Source: Longimicrobiales bacterium
GTDB lineage: Bacteria > Gemmatimonadota > Gemmatimonadetes > Longimicrobiales > Gaopeijiaceae
Length of the DNA: 64,000 bases
NCBI GenBank assembly: GCA_965226375.1
Contig: CBDDCX010000008.1
Coordinates: 192,001-256,000, forward strand
Reading direction: 5' to 3'
This document shows positions 19,803 through 29,614 of this stretch, piece by piece. The notes below the pieces were generated by a model. It saw only the letters and a program-made list of their open reading frames with translations, was not told the origin of the DNA and made no database searches. The position numbers and the translations under genes are program-made. Within the stretch, counting starts at the first letter, position 1. Each line of letters opens with the position of its first letter.

Positions 19803-20764
19803 CCGTCCAGGCGAGGGCGCCTTGGGCGGTTCACACAGAGGGCCTGACCCGAACGTTCGGTCCTTTGGTCGCGGTCGACGGCCTGTCGCTCGAGGTCGCT
19901 ACCGGAGAGCTCTTCGGCCTCGTGGGCCCCGACGGAGCCGGCAAAACGACCACGCTGCGGATGCTCGCAGGTGTTCTACGCCCCTCGAGTGGGCGCGCCT
20001 GGGTTTTCGACACGGATGTGGTCGAAGACCCGGAGGCCGTCAAGAGCAAGATCGCCTACATGTCGCAGCGCTTCGGTCTCTACCACGACCTCACCGTGGG
20101 CGAAAATCTGGACTTCTACGCAGACCTCTTCGGCGTCCCGCGGGATCAACGTGAGGAGAGGCTCGCACGACTCTACGACTTCTCGGGCCTGGGCCCGTTC
20201 AAGGACCGTCGGGCCGAGGCCCTCTCCGGCGGGATGAAGCAGAAGCTCGGACTCTCGTGCGCCTTGATCCACCGCCCGCGCCTTCTGCTCCTGGACGAAC
20301 CGACGTTCGGAGTGGATCCCATATCACGCCGTGATCTCTGGTTGATCATCCACGAGATGGTGGACGAAGGTGTGTCCGTGGTCGTGAGCACGGCCTACAT
20401 GGACGAGGCCGAGCGATTCGATCGGCTGGCCTTTCTGGAGGCGGGCAGAACCCTCTCGGTGGACACGCCCGACGCGCTCCGACAGGGGCTCTCCGGTCGG
20501 CTGCTCTCGGTTCGGGTCGGAGATCGATCGAGGACCGCCCGGGACGTGCTGAGGGCCATCCCGCTCGTCACCGACGCCTCGGTGTTCGGCGACCGGCTAC
20601 ACGTGGTCATGGAGGACGCGGTCTCGGGTGCGGGCGTGCTTCGGGCCGCTCTCGTGTCTCAGGGGTTTCCCGACGCGGTGGTGGAGTCCGTCGACGAACC
20701 GTCGCTCGAGGACGTGTTCATGGATCAGGTCGGGGGCGACAAGGAAGATCATGAAATCGCCTGA
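19799..20764 (+). CDS. ABC ATP-binding protein (YbhF N-half-like)
   Basis: GPDGAGKTT, LSGGMKQKL, LLLDEPT. Confidence 0.93.
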   Translation: MTVQARAPWAVHTEGLTRTFGPLVAVDGLSLEVATGELFGLVGPDGAGKTTTLRMLAGVLRPSSGRAWVFDTDVVEDPEAVKSKIAYMSQRFGLYHDLTVGENLDFYADLFGVPRDQREERLARLYDFSGLGPFKDRRAEALSGGMKQKLGLSCALIHRPRLLLLDEPTFGVDPISRRDLWLIIHEMVDEGVSVVVSTAYMDEAERFDRLAFLEAGRTLSVDTPDALRQGLSGRLLSVRVGDRSRTARDVLRAIPLVTDASVFGDRLHVVMEDAVSGAGVLRAALVSQGFPDAVVESVDEPSLEDVFMDQVGGDKEDHEIA

Positions 20765-21719
20765 CGCTTCAGACGCTTCTCCCGAATATGCGGTCACCGC
20801 TCGAGATCTGACCTGTCACTTCGGCGACTTCGTGGCCGTGGATCGTGTTTCGTTTGAGGTGCGTTCCGGAGAGATCTTCGGTTTCTTGGGCCCCAACGGG
20901 GCCGGCAAGACGACCACCATCAAGATGCTGACAGGCCTGGTTCCGCCCACCTCAGGTGAGGGTCGAGTCGCGGGCCTCGACGTGGCGACGGAGCGCCGCG
21001 CCATCAAGCGCCGAATCGGCTACATGTCCCAGCTCTTCTCACTTTATGCCGATCTGACTGTAGACGAGAACATCCTCTTCTTTTCGCGGCTCTACGGAAT
21101 TCCGCGAAATCGTCGGAGTGACAGAGCGGACTGGGTGGTCGAGTTGGCGGGACTCACCGAGCACCGAGGGCGGCTGACGGGTGAGCTGCCCCTGGGTTGG
21201 AAACAGAGGCTCGCCCTGGGCTGCGCCGTGCTACACGAGCCACCGGTCCTGTTCCTGGACGAGCCCACGTCGGGGGTGGACCCGATTTCACGTCGAGCGT
21301 TTTGGGACCTGATCCATGGGCTGAGCGACGGTGGGACCACCGCCTTTGTCACGACCCATTACATGGAAGAGGCCGAGTACTGTCACCGGCTCGCCCTGAT
21401 GAATCGGGGACGCCTCATCGCGCTCGACACGGCCGCCGGGCTCCGGGCCGGCATGAGCCTGCCTCTCTTCGAGGTCCGGGCCGATGCGACTCCCCAGGCG
21501 GTGAAGGCCCTGGACGGTGCCGAAGGAATCGTGGACGCCGCCATGTACGGACGGTCCCTACACGTGACCATGGACCGTGCCGATGGTGCCGACGACCGAA
21601 TCCGGTCCCATCTGGCCCGGGCCCGGATCGCGGTGACCGCGGTGGAGCAGATCAAGCCTTCTCTCGAGGACGTATTCGTGGCGCGTGTCCGTGACGAGGG
21701 CGGGGCGAGGAGCTGGTGA
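20751..21719 (+). CDS. ABC ATP-binding protein (YbhF C-half-like)
   Basis: GPNGAGKTT, LPLGWKQRL, LDEPTSGVDP, TTHYMEEAE. Confidence 0.93.
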   Translation: MKSPDASDASPEYAVTARDLTCHFGDFVAVDRVSFEVRSGEIFGFLGPNGAGKTTTIKMLTGLVPPTSGEGRVAGLDVATERRAIKRRIGYMSQLFSLYADLTVDENILFFSRLYGIPRNRRSDRADWVVELAGLTEHRGRLTGELPLGWKQRLALGCAVLHEPPVLFLDEPTSGVDPISRRAFWDLIHGLSDGGTTAFVTTHYMEEAEYCHRLALMNRGRLIALDTAAGLRAGMSLPLFEVRADATPQAVKALDGAEGIVDAAMYGRSLHVTMDRADGADDRIRSHLARARIAVTAVEQIKPSLEDVFVARVRDEGGARSW

Positions 21720-22840
21720 ACGTGCTGAACGGGACTCGACTCCTGGCCATGGCGCGCAAGGAGACGCTCCACCTGCGCCGCGACTCCAGGAGTCTGCTGC
21801 TTGCCTTTCTCCTGCCGGCTCTCCTCGTGGTGATATTCGGGTACGCCATAACGTGGGACGTCGAAGACATCCGGACCGCCGTACTGGACATGGACGGATC
21901 CAGCCGGAGCAGGGAGTTGCTCGATGCCTTCGAGGTGTCGGGCTACTTCACGGTGGTGCACCGCTTGACCCGGTACGAGCAAGTCGACGATGTGCTGGAC
22001 CGGGGCAGCGCCCTCATCGCCATTGTCATACCACCCGACTTCGCCCGGGATCTCGACGGCGGCCGCTCCGCCGAGCTGCAGGTTCTCGTCGACGGGAGCG
22101 ACGCCAACACGGCGACGATCGCCCTTGGATATGCCCAGGGCATCGTCCGTTCGTTTGCCAGTGGGATCCTGCTTCGAGGCGCCGAGGCCCCCCCGGTGAT
22201 CTGCGCGGAGACCCGAGTCTGGTACAACGAGGAACTGCGGAGCCGGAACATGATCGTTCCGGGGCTCGTGGCGGTCATCATGATGATCAACGCCGCCATG
22301 CTCACCTCGCTCACCATCGCTCGCGAGTGGGAGCGGGGCACCATGGAGCAGCTCGTGTCCACTCCGGTCCATCGGCTCGAGGTGGTCTTGGGCAAGCTGC
22401 TTCCGTACGTAGCCATCGGCATCATCGACGTGGTTCTGGTGAGCGTGATCGGGGTGTTTCTGTTCGACGTTCCCTTCCGGGGCAGCGCCGGCCTCCTGAT
22501 GGTCCTCTCACTCGCCTTCATCGTGGGGGCCTTGGGACTCGGGATGTTCATCTCGGCCGTGGCTCGCTCACAACTCCTCGCCACCCAACTGGCGATGATT
22601 CTCACCTTTCTTCCGGCCTTTCTGCTCTCGGGCTTCATGTTTGCCATCGACGTCATGCCTCCCGCCCTTCAGGCGATCACCTACCTGATCCCCGCCCGCT
22701 ACTTCCTCGTGGTCACCAGAGGACTGTTCCTGAAGGGTGTGGGCGTCGAGGTACTGGCTACCGAGGGCCTGCTCATGATCGCATTCGCCGCCCTGGGCAT
22801 TTTCGGTGCGACGCGAGCGTTCCGGAAGGAGCTCGAGTGA
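21716..22840 (+). CDS. ABC-2 permease (YbhS-like)
   Basis: RVWYNEEL, AREWERGTMEQL. Confidence 0.92.
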   Translation: MNVLNGTRLLAMARKETLHLRRDSRSLLLAFLLPALLVVIFGYAITWDVEDIRTAVLDMDGSSRSRELLDAFEVSGYFTVVHRLTRYEQVDDVLDRGSALIAIVIPPDFARDLDGGRSAELQVLVDGSDANTATIALGYAQGIVRSFASGILLRGAEAPPVICAETRVWYNEELRSRNMIVPGLVAVIMMINAAMLTSLTIAREWERGTMEQLVSTPVHRLEVVLGKLLPYVAIGIIDVVLVSVIGVFLFDVPFRGSAGLLMVLSLAFIVGALGLGMFISAVARSQLLATQLAMILTFLPAFLLSGFMFAIDVMPPALQAITYLIPARYFLVVTRGLFLKGVGVEVLATEGLLMIAFAALGIFGATRAFRKELE

Positions 22841-23979
22841 CAAGCCTGACCTACACCCTCGAGCGAGTGGCCGGCTCTGTGGAACGTGTGTTCGGCGTCC
22901 TGGCCAAAGAGTTCCGGCATGTGTTCCGAGACCCGCGCATGGCACGCGTGATCTTCGTGGCGCCCATCGTACAGCTCGTGGCGTTCGGGTATGCCGTATC
23001 CACCGACCTCAACGACACACCCACCTTCGTGGTCGATCACGACAACACGCGAGAGTCGCGGGAGTTGCTCTCGGCTCTGACGGCTTCCGGTTACTTCGAG
23101 ATCTCAGGTCGCTCGGAGTCTCCTCGAGATCTCGTCCGCGCCCTCGACCGAGGAGACGCGATTCTGGGTGTGGAGATCCCCAGAGGATATGCGGAGGCGT
23201 GGTTGGGGGCGGGTGGCGCACGGATCCAGGTGCTCCTCGACGGGACGAACTCCAACACGGCGGCCACAGCTCAGGGGTATATCACTCGCATCATCGAGGG
23301 GCGTTCGGCGGAACGGCACATGTCCGGGTTGCCGCCTCCGGTTGATCTCCGGGAAAGGGCCTGGTACAACCCGGAATTGGCCAGCCGTAACTACAACGTG
23401 CCCGCCGTGGTCGGGACCCTCATCATGCTCGTCTGCCTTCTCCTGACCTCGCTGGCCGTGGTACGCGAGCGCGAGATCGGCACGCTGGAGCAGCTCAAGG
23501 TCAGTCCCCTTACAGCCGGAGAGCTTATCGCCGGTAAGACGTTGCCATTCGCGATCATCGGGATGGGGGACATGGTCCTGGTGACGACGGTTGCGGTTCT
23601 ATGGTTCGACGTCCCGCTCCGCGGCAGCCTCCCCCTTCTGTTTTTCGCCAGCATTCTCTATGTCGTGGCGGGGTTGGGAATGGGTCTACTGATCTCCACG
23701 GTGTCCAAGACACAGCAGGAGGCCTTCATGGGTACGTTCCTGGTGTTCATGCCGGCCCTGCTTCTGTCCGGGTTCATGTTTCCCGTGTCGAGCATGCCGA
23801 AGATCTTCCAAGAGATCACCGTCGTGAACCCGGTCCGGCACTATCTCGAGATCGTGCGGGCCATCTTCTTGAAAGGGACCGGCATCGAGGTGCTGTGGCC
23901 GCAGTTCCTCGCCCTCGCGATCTTGGGCGTTGTCCTTTTGACCCTGGCGACCCTACGCTTCCGGCGAGAGGTCTCGTAG
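22837..23979 (+). CDS. ABC-2 permease (YbhR-like)
   Basis: GTG overlapping upstream TGA; WYNPEL, VREREIGTLEQL. Confidence 0.92.
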   Translation: MTSLTYTLERVAGSVERVFGVLAKEFRHVFRDPRMARVIFVAPIVQLVAFGYAVSTDLNDTPTFVVDHDNTRESRELLSALTASGYFEISGRSESPRDLVRALDRGDAILGVEIPRGYAEAWLGAGGARIQVLLDGTNSNTAATAQGYITRIIEGRSAERHMSGLPPPVDLRERAWYNPELASRNYNVPAVVGTLIMLVCLLLTSLAVVREREIGTLEQLKVSPLTAGELIAGKTLPFAIIGMGDMVLVTTVAVLWFDVPLRGSLPLLFFASILYVVAGLGMGLLISTVSKTQQEAFMGTFLVFMPALLLSGFMFPVSSMPKIFQEITVVNPVRHYLEIVRAIFLKGTGIEVLWPQFLALAILGVVLLTLATLRFRREVS

Positions 23980-24043
23980 CGCCGGTCCGGCCTCGGTCCA
24001 GCCCAGATCCAGCCTCGTTCCAGCGCTGGTCCAGCCCAGATCC
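23978..24043 (+). repeat. Degenerate tandem repeat, 6 x 11 bp
   Basis: AGCGCCGGTCC/GGCCTCGGTCC/AGCCCAGATCC/AGCCTCGTTCC/AGCGCTGGTCC/AGCCCAGATCC. Confidence 0.75.
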
Positions 24044-24211
24044 ATGCGCGAATCGGCCCAAACACACAGCCGGAATCGCCGTGCTTCCGAACGGGGGTCG
24101 GTGGACCTTCTAAACACTCGCCCACGGCGGTTCCCACGCGTATCTTGCTTCCCGGGCGGGCGGAGGACCGCCTCTTTTCTTCCGTTGGATTCATGTAAGG
24201 GGGTTAGCTCC

Positions 24212-24847
24212 ATGAGCGACGTCGAGATCATCGGCACTCCGGAGCGCAGGGTCTCCAGACGAACGTTCATCATGGGTGTCATCGCCACTGGGGCGACGAC
24301 CTCTTCGGTGGGCTATCTGTTCAGGGGATCGAAGCCGTTACTCGGTGCCATGCCGGTTCAAGGCTCGGTGGAACGGCTGGTGACGCTCAACGTGAACGGG
24401 CAGCAACGTCGTGTAGACGTGCTGAAGCAGGAAACGCTGGCCATGACGCTGCGCTACAAGCTTGGACTCACGGGCACCAAACTCGGATGCGATCGCGCGG
24501 AGTGCGGGGCCTGTACGGTGCTGATCGACGGCGTGCCGAGTTATGCATGCTCGGTGCTGACGCAGACCGTCCGTGGACAGGAGATCACCACCATCGAGGG
24601 ACTGGAGAGCGATGACGGAACGCTCCATCCGGTCCAGCAAGCCGTCATGGACGAGGGTGGCTTCCAGTGCGCCTTCTGCGCCCCCGGCTTCATCATGAGC
24701 ATGGTGGCCATGGTCGAGGCCAACCCGAACCCCACCAAGGAAGAAGCGGCGCACGCTCTCTCCGGTAATCTCTGTCGCTGCGCCGACTACAATAAGATCC
24801 TGACTTCCGCCATGCGTGCTGCCGAGTACTCTCGGCAGCGGGCTTAG
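24212..24847 (+). CDS. Molybdoenzyme 2x[2Fe-2S] subunit with twin-arginine leader (PaoA-like)
   Basis: SRRTFI; GTKLGCDRAECGACTV; FQCAFC; GNLCRC. Confidence 0.92.
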   Translation: MSDVEIIGTPERRVSRRTFIMGVIATGATTSSVGYLFRGSKPLLGAMPVQGSVERLVTLNVNGQQRRVDVLKQETLAMTLRYKLGLTGTKLGCDRAECGACTVLIDGVPSYACSVLTQTVRGQEITTIEGLESDDGTLHPVQQAVMDEGGFQCAFCAPGFIMSMVAMVEANPNPTKEEAAHALSGNLCRCADYNKILTSAMRAAEYSRQRA

Positions 24848-24856
24848 GAGCGCATC

Positions 24857-27253
24857 ATGGCCGACAAACTGGTAGGACAGGACATCGCCGCTCCCGATCT
24901 CCGGGCCAAGATCACAGGACGGGCCAAGTATGCGGAAGACTTCAGAGCCGACGGCATGGTGTTCGCCAAGCTCCTGTTGAGTCCCATGCCTCACTGTCGG
25001 GTCCGGCGCATCGACGCGAGCGCCGCGCTTGCCATGGAAGGCGTGGTGGGCATCCTCACCGCCGAAGACGTGCCAGCGGTCGACGCCCCGGGCGAGGCGT
25101 GTCTCACCATGGAGCCGCACTACGAAGGAGAGCCCATCCTCGCGGTGGCGGCGGTGGACGAGACCACAGCCGCGGATGCGATCGAAGCGATCAAGATCGA
25201 CTTCGAGCCCCTGCCGTTCGTGTTGAATCCGCTCGACAGCCTGAGGCCTAACGGACCGAACGCCCGTCTCGACGGCAACACGAGGGTCGCTCGGGAGCTT
25301 GCCACCATCAAGTGGACGGAAGAGGACTTCGCAAACGCTCCCGAAGGGACCATGCCCATGGGCGAGGCCGGGGCCGAGTGGAGCGTCGGAGACATAGAGG
25401 CCGGCTTTGCGGAAGCCGAGCTGATCATCGACGAGACCATGACGCACCAGTCGCTCACGCATCACCCGCTCGAGCCTCGCACCACGATGGCGTACTGGCA
25501 GAACGGCAAGCTCTACATGCACACGTCCACGCAGAGTCTGGCGAGGACGCGAGCGGCCGTGGCCGGCAGGCTCGCCATGGACATGGAGGACGTGGTGCTC
25601 GTGGGTGAGTTCTGCGGAGGTGGTTTCGGAAGCAAGATCTCGGGTAATACACACATGCTGATCCCCGCGGTCTTCTCCCAGAAGATCAACCGCCCGGTGA
25701 TGATGCGGATCAACCGGTACGAGGAGAGTTACATCGGCCGGGCTCGCCCCGGCTTCCAGGCTCAGGTCAAGATCGGCTTCCGGGCCGACGGCCGCATCAC
25801 GGCCATGGATATGTACATCCTGAACGATGGCGGACCGTATGGCGGCTCCGGCGACAATATGTCGGCGGGCTCTACGGCTTCTCTTACCTACACGCCGCTC
25901 AACCAGCGGCACCGCGGGGTCGGGGTCTACACCAATACGCCCCCGAAGGCGGCTCAGCGAGGGCCCGGCGGCGCTCAGATCATCGGGATGCTCGAGCCGC
26001 TCATGGACAAGGCGGCCCGGGAGCTCGGAATAGATCGACTCGAGCTCAGGCGCATCAACGCGCCTGGTGCTGACGTGGAGTTCGGGCCTCGCCAGAGCAC
26101 GCTCACGAGCGTCTTCGTCAAGGAGGCTATCGACAAGGGCTCCGAGATGTTCGGATGGGAAGAGAGGATCGCCAGGAGCGGGCAGCGCAACGGTTCCAAG
26201 GTGACCGGAATCGGCGTCGGGGTCAGCCCGTATACTGCCGGCAGTTCGGGTTTCGACGGGTTGCTGGTCATTCGGCCCGATGGAAAGGTTTACATCCACC
26301 AGGGAATCGGGAATCTGGGAACCCACTCCGTCGCCGACACGGCGAGGGCGGCCGCCGATGTTCTCGGAGTCGCGTGGGACGATGTCGAGATCGTATGGGG
26401 TGACACGAGCCGCCACGTGCCGTGGAGCTCGGTGCAGGCCGGGAGTCAGACCACGTTCGCCCACACGAGGGCGAACCATGCCGTTGGGACGGCTGCCAAG
26501 CGGCTGCTCCAGGAGATCGCGGCCCGCGATCTGGGCGGTTCCGCCGGGGACTACGATACGGCCGACGGGCGGGTCTTCCGTCGATCGAGTCCCTCTACGG
26601 GTATGAGCTTCGCTCGTGCCGCGACCCGCGCCATGGAATTGGGTGGGCGGTACAGTGGAGGGGAGGTCGACGACGACCTCAACGACATGACCAAGGCCGC
26701 TGCCGCAGGACTGGCCGGCCAGGGTCTCGTGGCCGCCGCCAAGGACAACTACCCCCGCGAAGGTGGAGTCCAGTCCTGGGTTGTGGGCTTCGCCGAGGTG
26801 GAGCTGGACGTCGAGACCGGAGTGGTGGACATCATTCACTACACTGCGGTGGCGGACTGTGGCACCATCCTGCACCCTCGCAGTCTTGGTGGACAGATCC
26901 TCGGTGGCTCCATCCAGGGTATGGGAATTGCCATGAGTCAGAAGTGGGTCTTCGATCCCGTCTGGGGTGTCTCCTTCGCCAAACGCCTCTACACCGCTCG
27001 ACCACCCGGAATGCTCGACGTGCCCATCGACATGCAATGGTCCGCCGTGGAGATTCCCGATCCGCAGACACCGGTCGGTGCAAAAGGGATCGGGGAGCCG
27101 TGTGTAGGGGCTGGTTCAGCCGCTCTGACATCAGCCGTTGCCGACGCGCTCGGCGGGAACTGTTTGTGTCGCACGCCGCTGACGGCGGACGTCCTTCTCG
27201 CAGAAATCGAGGGACGCCCGTCGGCGTACGGCCCCCTCGAGCTTCACGTCTAA
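24857..27253 (+). CDS. Xanthine dehydrogenase-family molybdopterin subunit
   Basis: GGGFGSK, QRGPG, AGSQT, GAKGIGEP. Confidence 0.93.
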   Translation: MADKLVGQDIAAPDLRAKITGRAKYAEDFRADGMVFAKLLLSPMPHCRVRRIDASAALAMEGVVGILTAEDVPAVDAPGEACLTMEPHYEGEPILAVAAVDETTAADAIEAIKIDFEPLPFVLNPLDSLRPNGPNARLDGNTRVARELATIKWTEEDFANAPEGTMPMGEAGAEWSVGDIEAGFAEAELIIDETMTHQSLTHHPLEPRTTMAYWQNGKLYMHTSTQSLARTRAAVAGRLAMDMEDVVLVGEFCGGGFGSKISGNTHMLIPAVFSQKINRPVMMRINRYEESYIGRARPGFQAQVKIGFRADGRITAMDMYILNDGGPYGGSGDNMSAGSTASLTYTPLNQRHRGVGVYTNTPPKAAQRGPGGAQIIGMLEPLMDKAARELGIDRLELRRINAPGADVEFGPRQSTLTSVFVKEAIDKGSEMFGWEERIARSGQRNGSKVTGIGVGVSPYTAGSSGFDGLLVIRPDGKVYIHQGIGNLGTHSVADTARAAADVLGVAWDDVEIVWGDTSRHVPWSSVQAGSQTTFAHTRANHAVGTAAKRLLQEIAARDLGGSAGDYDTADGRVFRRSSPSTGMSFARAATRAMELGGRYSGGEVDDDLNDMTKAAAAGLAGQGLVAAAKDNYPREGGVQSWVVGFAEVELDVETGVVDIIHYTAVADCGTILHPRSLGGQILGGSIQGMGIAMSQKWVFDPVWGVSFAKRLYTARPPGMLDVPIDMQWSAVEIPDPQTPVGAKGIGEPCVGAGSAALTSAVADALGGNCLCRTPLTADVLLAEIEGRPSAYGPLELHV

Positions 27254-27268
27254 AGGGAGAAACGAATC

Positions 27269-28270
27269 ATGGCGGTCATCAGAGACATGATCCCGGCGTT
27301 CGAGCTCTTCCAGCCGACGAACGTTGAGGATGCCATTAACCTGTTGGATCAGTACGGTGAGGACGGTTGGGTGTTGTCAGGCGGCTTGGACAGCTTCGAC
27401 TGGTTCAAGGACCGCATCAAGCGGCCCGTCGCCGTCGTAGATCTCGTCAATCTGGACGCACTCCGTGGAGTGCGAACCACGGATGACGGCGTCGAGATCG
27501 GGGCGCTGACCACGATCACTGAGGTCGCCACCAACACGGAGTTGATGTCGAGCTACAGTGTGCTCACCGATGCCGCGTCCGGTGTCGCGACTCCGCAGAT
27601 CCGGAACCGGGGCACCTTGGGCGGCAACCTCTCGCAGGACACGCGCTGCTGGTACTACCGGGGTGGATGGCCCTGCTACCGGGCCGGCGGCAACACGTGC
27701 TACGCGTCGGCACCTACGGCCATGAACCGGGAGCACTGCATCCTGGGTTCGAGCCGTTGCGTCGCCGTGAACCCCTCGGATACGTCGTCCGCTCTTATCG
27801 CTCTCGATGCCCAGTTCGTCATCCAGGGGCCACGTGGAGAGCGCGTCGTCGATGCGGAGGACTTCTTCATGCGGCCCAGCGTCGACATCGAGCGCATGAC
27901 GGTCCTGAAGCCGGGAGAGTTGCTGACGGCGATCCGTCTGCCCGCGCGGTGGGCCGGGGCTCGCTTCTATTACGAGAAGGTGGAGGATCGTAAAGCCTGG
28001 GACTTTGCGCTGATGACGGTTGCGTCGGCCATGCGGATGAACGGGGACGTGATCGAAGAGGCGCGCCTGGCGGTGAACGGCGTCGCTCCTTACCCGGTTC
28101 GGCTCGCTACCACCGAGTCGCTGATCCAGGGGCAGGTACCATCCGATGCATTGGGAGCCCAGGCGGGCCTCCTCGCCGTCGAGAAGGCCCAACCGCTGAG
28201 ACACAACGATTTCAAGGTCCCCTTGATGCGAAACCTGGTCCGTAGGGCCGTCCGCGGAGCGGAGGGTTAG
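27269..28270 (+). CDS. FAD subunit with 4Fe-4S insertion (PaoB-like)
   Basis: ATPQIRNRGTLGGN; RCWYYR..PC..GGNTC..RCVAV. Confidence 0.92.
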   Translation: MAVIRDMIPAFELFQPTNVEDAINLLDQYGEDGWVLSGGLDSFDWFKDRIKRPVAVVDLVNLDALRGVRTTDDGVEIGALTTITEVATNTELMSSYSVLTDAASGVATPQIRNRGTLGGNLSQDTRCWYYRGGWPCYRAGGNTCYASAPTAMNREHCILGSSRCVAVNPSDTSSALIALDAQFVIQGPRGERVVDAEDFFMRPSVDIERMTVLKPGELLTAIRLPARWAGARFYYEKVEDRKAWDFALMTVASAMRMNGDVIEEARLAVNGVAPYPVRLATTESLIQGQVPSDALGAQAGLLAVEKAQPLRHNDFKVPLMRNLVRRAVRGAEG

Positions 28271-28272
28271 GC

Positions 28273-29193
28273 ATGGAGCTATGGCGACGGGCGGTTAATC
28301 CGTGGAATCAGGAGGTCTTGATCGGAGTGTCATGGGACCTCATGTGGGCTGCGATCGTCGCGGGAGCGGGTTTCGTGGTACTGCACGCTTTGTGGGCGCG
28401 CTTCTTGGCACCGGCCGCTGCGGCATCGTCCGATGACCCGAGTTCGGGCCTCCCGAGCCGGATTTTGCGGCATGCGCTGTCCGAGAGGGTCTTCCACGGG
28501 CTCATGGCGGCGGCCATGCTCGTGCTGCTCGTCACCGCGTTCTTACCGGTGTTGGGGATCCAGTTTGCCTGGGTGACGATTCACTGGGTGGCTGGTGTGA
28601 TTCTCACCGCGCTCATCGTCTACCACGTGATCCACGCCACGTGCAGGCAGGACCTGTGGGCCATGTGGATCGACAAGGCCGACATCAAGGCCGGCGTGGC
28701 GGAGCTCAAGCACATCCTGGGGAATCATGATGACGAGGTTCCCAAGGCCGGCAAGTATCCTATCGACCACATCCTGTTCCATCATAGCGCGGCCGTGACG
28801 GGTCTGGTGGCCATCGCCACCGGTGTGTTGATGATGCTCCGGTTGGAGACTCCGTTCTGGACGGCGAACCCGTACATGCTCGCCGACAGCTCATGGGGCG
28901 TGATCTACGTGCTTCATGGTCTGTCGGGAGTCGGGTTGATCGCCCTGACCATTACACACATCTACTTCGCCATACGTCCGGACAAGTGGTGGATCACCAA
29001 GTCGATGATCTACGGATGGATTCCCAGGAGCGAGTATCTGGGGACCCACGATCCCGCCCGATGGGTCGTCACGGGTGGAGGCGAGGGTGCGGATGAGCCC
29101 GAGTTGGTGTCGGCCGGGGTTGCACACGAGTCGGCCGGCGGGGCGACGGGCGAAGAAGAGAGCAACCCGTTCGATGCAGGAGCGGCTTCCTGA
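28273..29193 (+). CDS. Di-haem cytochrome b (FdnI/Ni-hydrogenase b-type)
   Basis: ERVFH, IHWVAG, GKYP, LHGL..HIYFA in TM helices. Confidence 0.85.
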   Translation: MELWRRAVNPWNQEVLIGVSWDLMWAAIVAGAGFVVLHALWARFLAPAAAASSDDPSSGLPSRILRHALSERVFHGLMAAAMLVLLVTAFLPVLGIQFAWVTIHWVAGVILTALIVYHVIHATCRQDLWAMWIDKADIKAGVAELKHILGNHDDEVPKAGKYPIDHILFHHSAAVTGLVAIATGVLMMLRLETPFWTANPYMLADSSWGVIYVLHGLSGVGLIALTITHIYFAIRPDKWWITKSMIYGWIPRSEYLGTHDPARWVVTGGGEGADEPELVSAGVAHESAGGATGEEESNPFDAGAAS

Positions 29194-29596
29194 AGTGACG
29201 GTCGACGATCTCAGGAAGCACATCGATACGATCGAGGAGAGCTACGAGTTCTTCCTCGCTTATGCCGCCCAGGGATTATCCGGTGACGGCAGCAGTGCCT
29301 CGGGTGGAGAACTGCGAGAGTACCTGACCCGGACCGACGGAGCGCTCGGTGCTCTCGTGGACGAGATGGCTGGCGTAGTGGACGGGTTGGAGCCTGCCGA
29401 TGCCCATCGAGACATGGGAAGGGTCATCGAGAGGGACGCGGGTGATGCGCGTGCGGCGGTTGGACTCGTGATGGCGCAGCCCGCCATCAGTTCGCAACTC
29501 ATCGACAATCTGAACGCGTCGATCCACTTCCGGGCGCTCCTGACCGACCTCTTTCTTTTCGACGAGGTTCTGAAGAGTTCAGCCCGGGAAGGTTGA
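29174..29596 (+). CDS. Small helical hypothetical protein
   Basis: Overlaps the cytochrome b stop; IEESYEFFLAYAAQG, SSQLIDNLNASIH. Confidence 0.7.
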   Translation: MQERLPEVTVDDLRKHIDTIEESYEFFLAYAAQGLSGDGSSASGGELREYLTRTDGALGALVDEMAGVVDGLEPADAHRDMGRVIERDAGDARAAVGLVMAQPAISSQLIDNLNASIHFRALLTDLFLFDEVLKSSAREG

Positions 29597-29614
29597 GCGC
29601 AAAAAGTGCAAGGC

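Noticed and set aside
21685..22836. N-terminal half of the 764-aa ORF
   Set aside because: Overlaps the first permease in another frame; the real gene starts at GTG 22837.
23978..24043. CRISPR array (also considered 39089-39126 and 42002-42053)
   Set aside because: Units are too short, there are no spacers or cas genes, and the others are IS subterminal or operator repeats.
24338..27037. 899-aa minus-strand ORF
   Set aside because: Antisense shadow of the Fe-S and Mo subunit genes; common at high GC and has no motifs.
24857..27253. Aerobic CO dehydrogenase CoxL
   Set aside because: Lacks the AYxCSFR/AYRGAGR loop; partner subunits look Pao-like.
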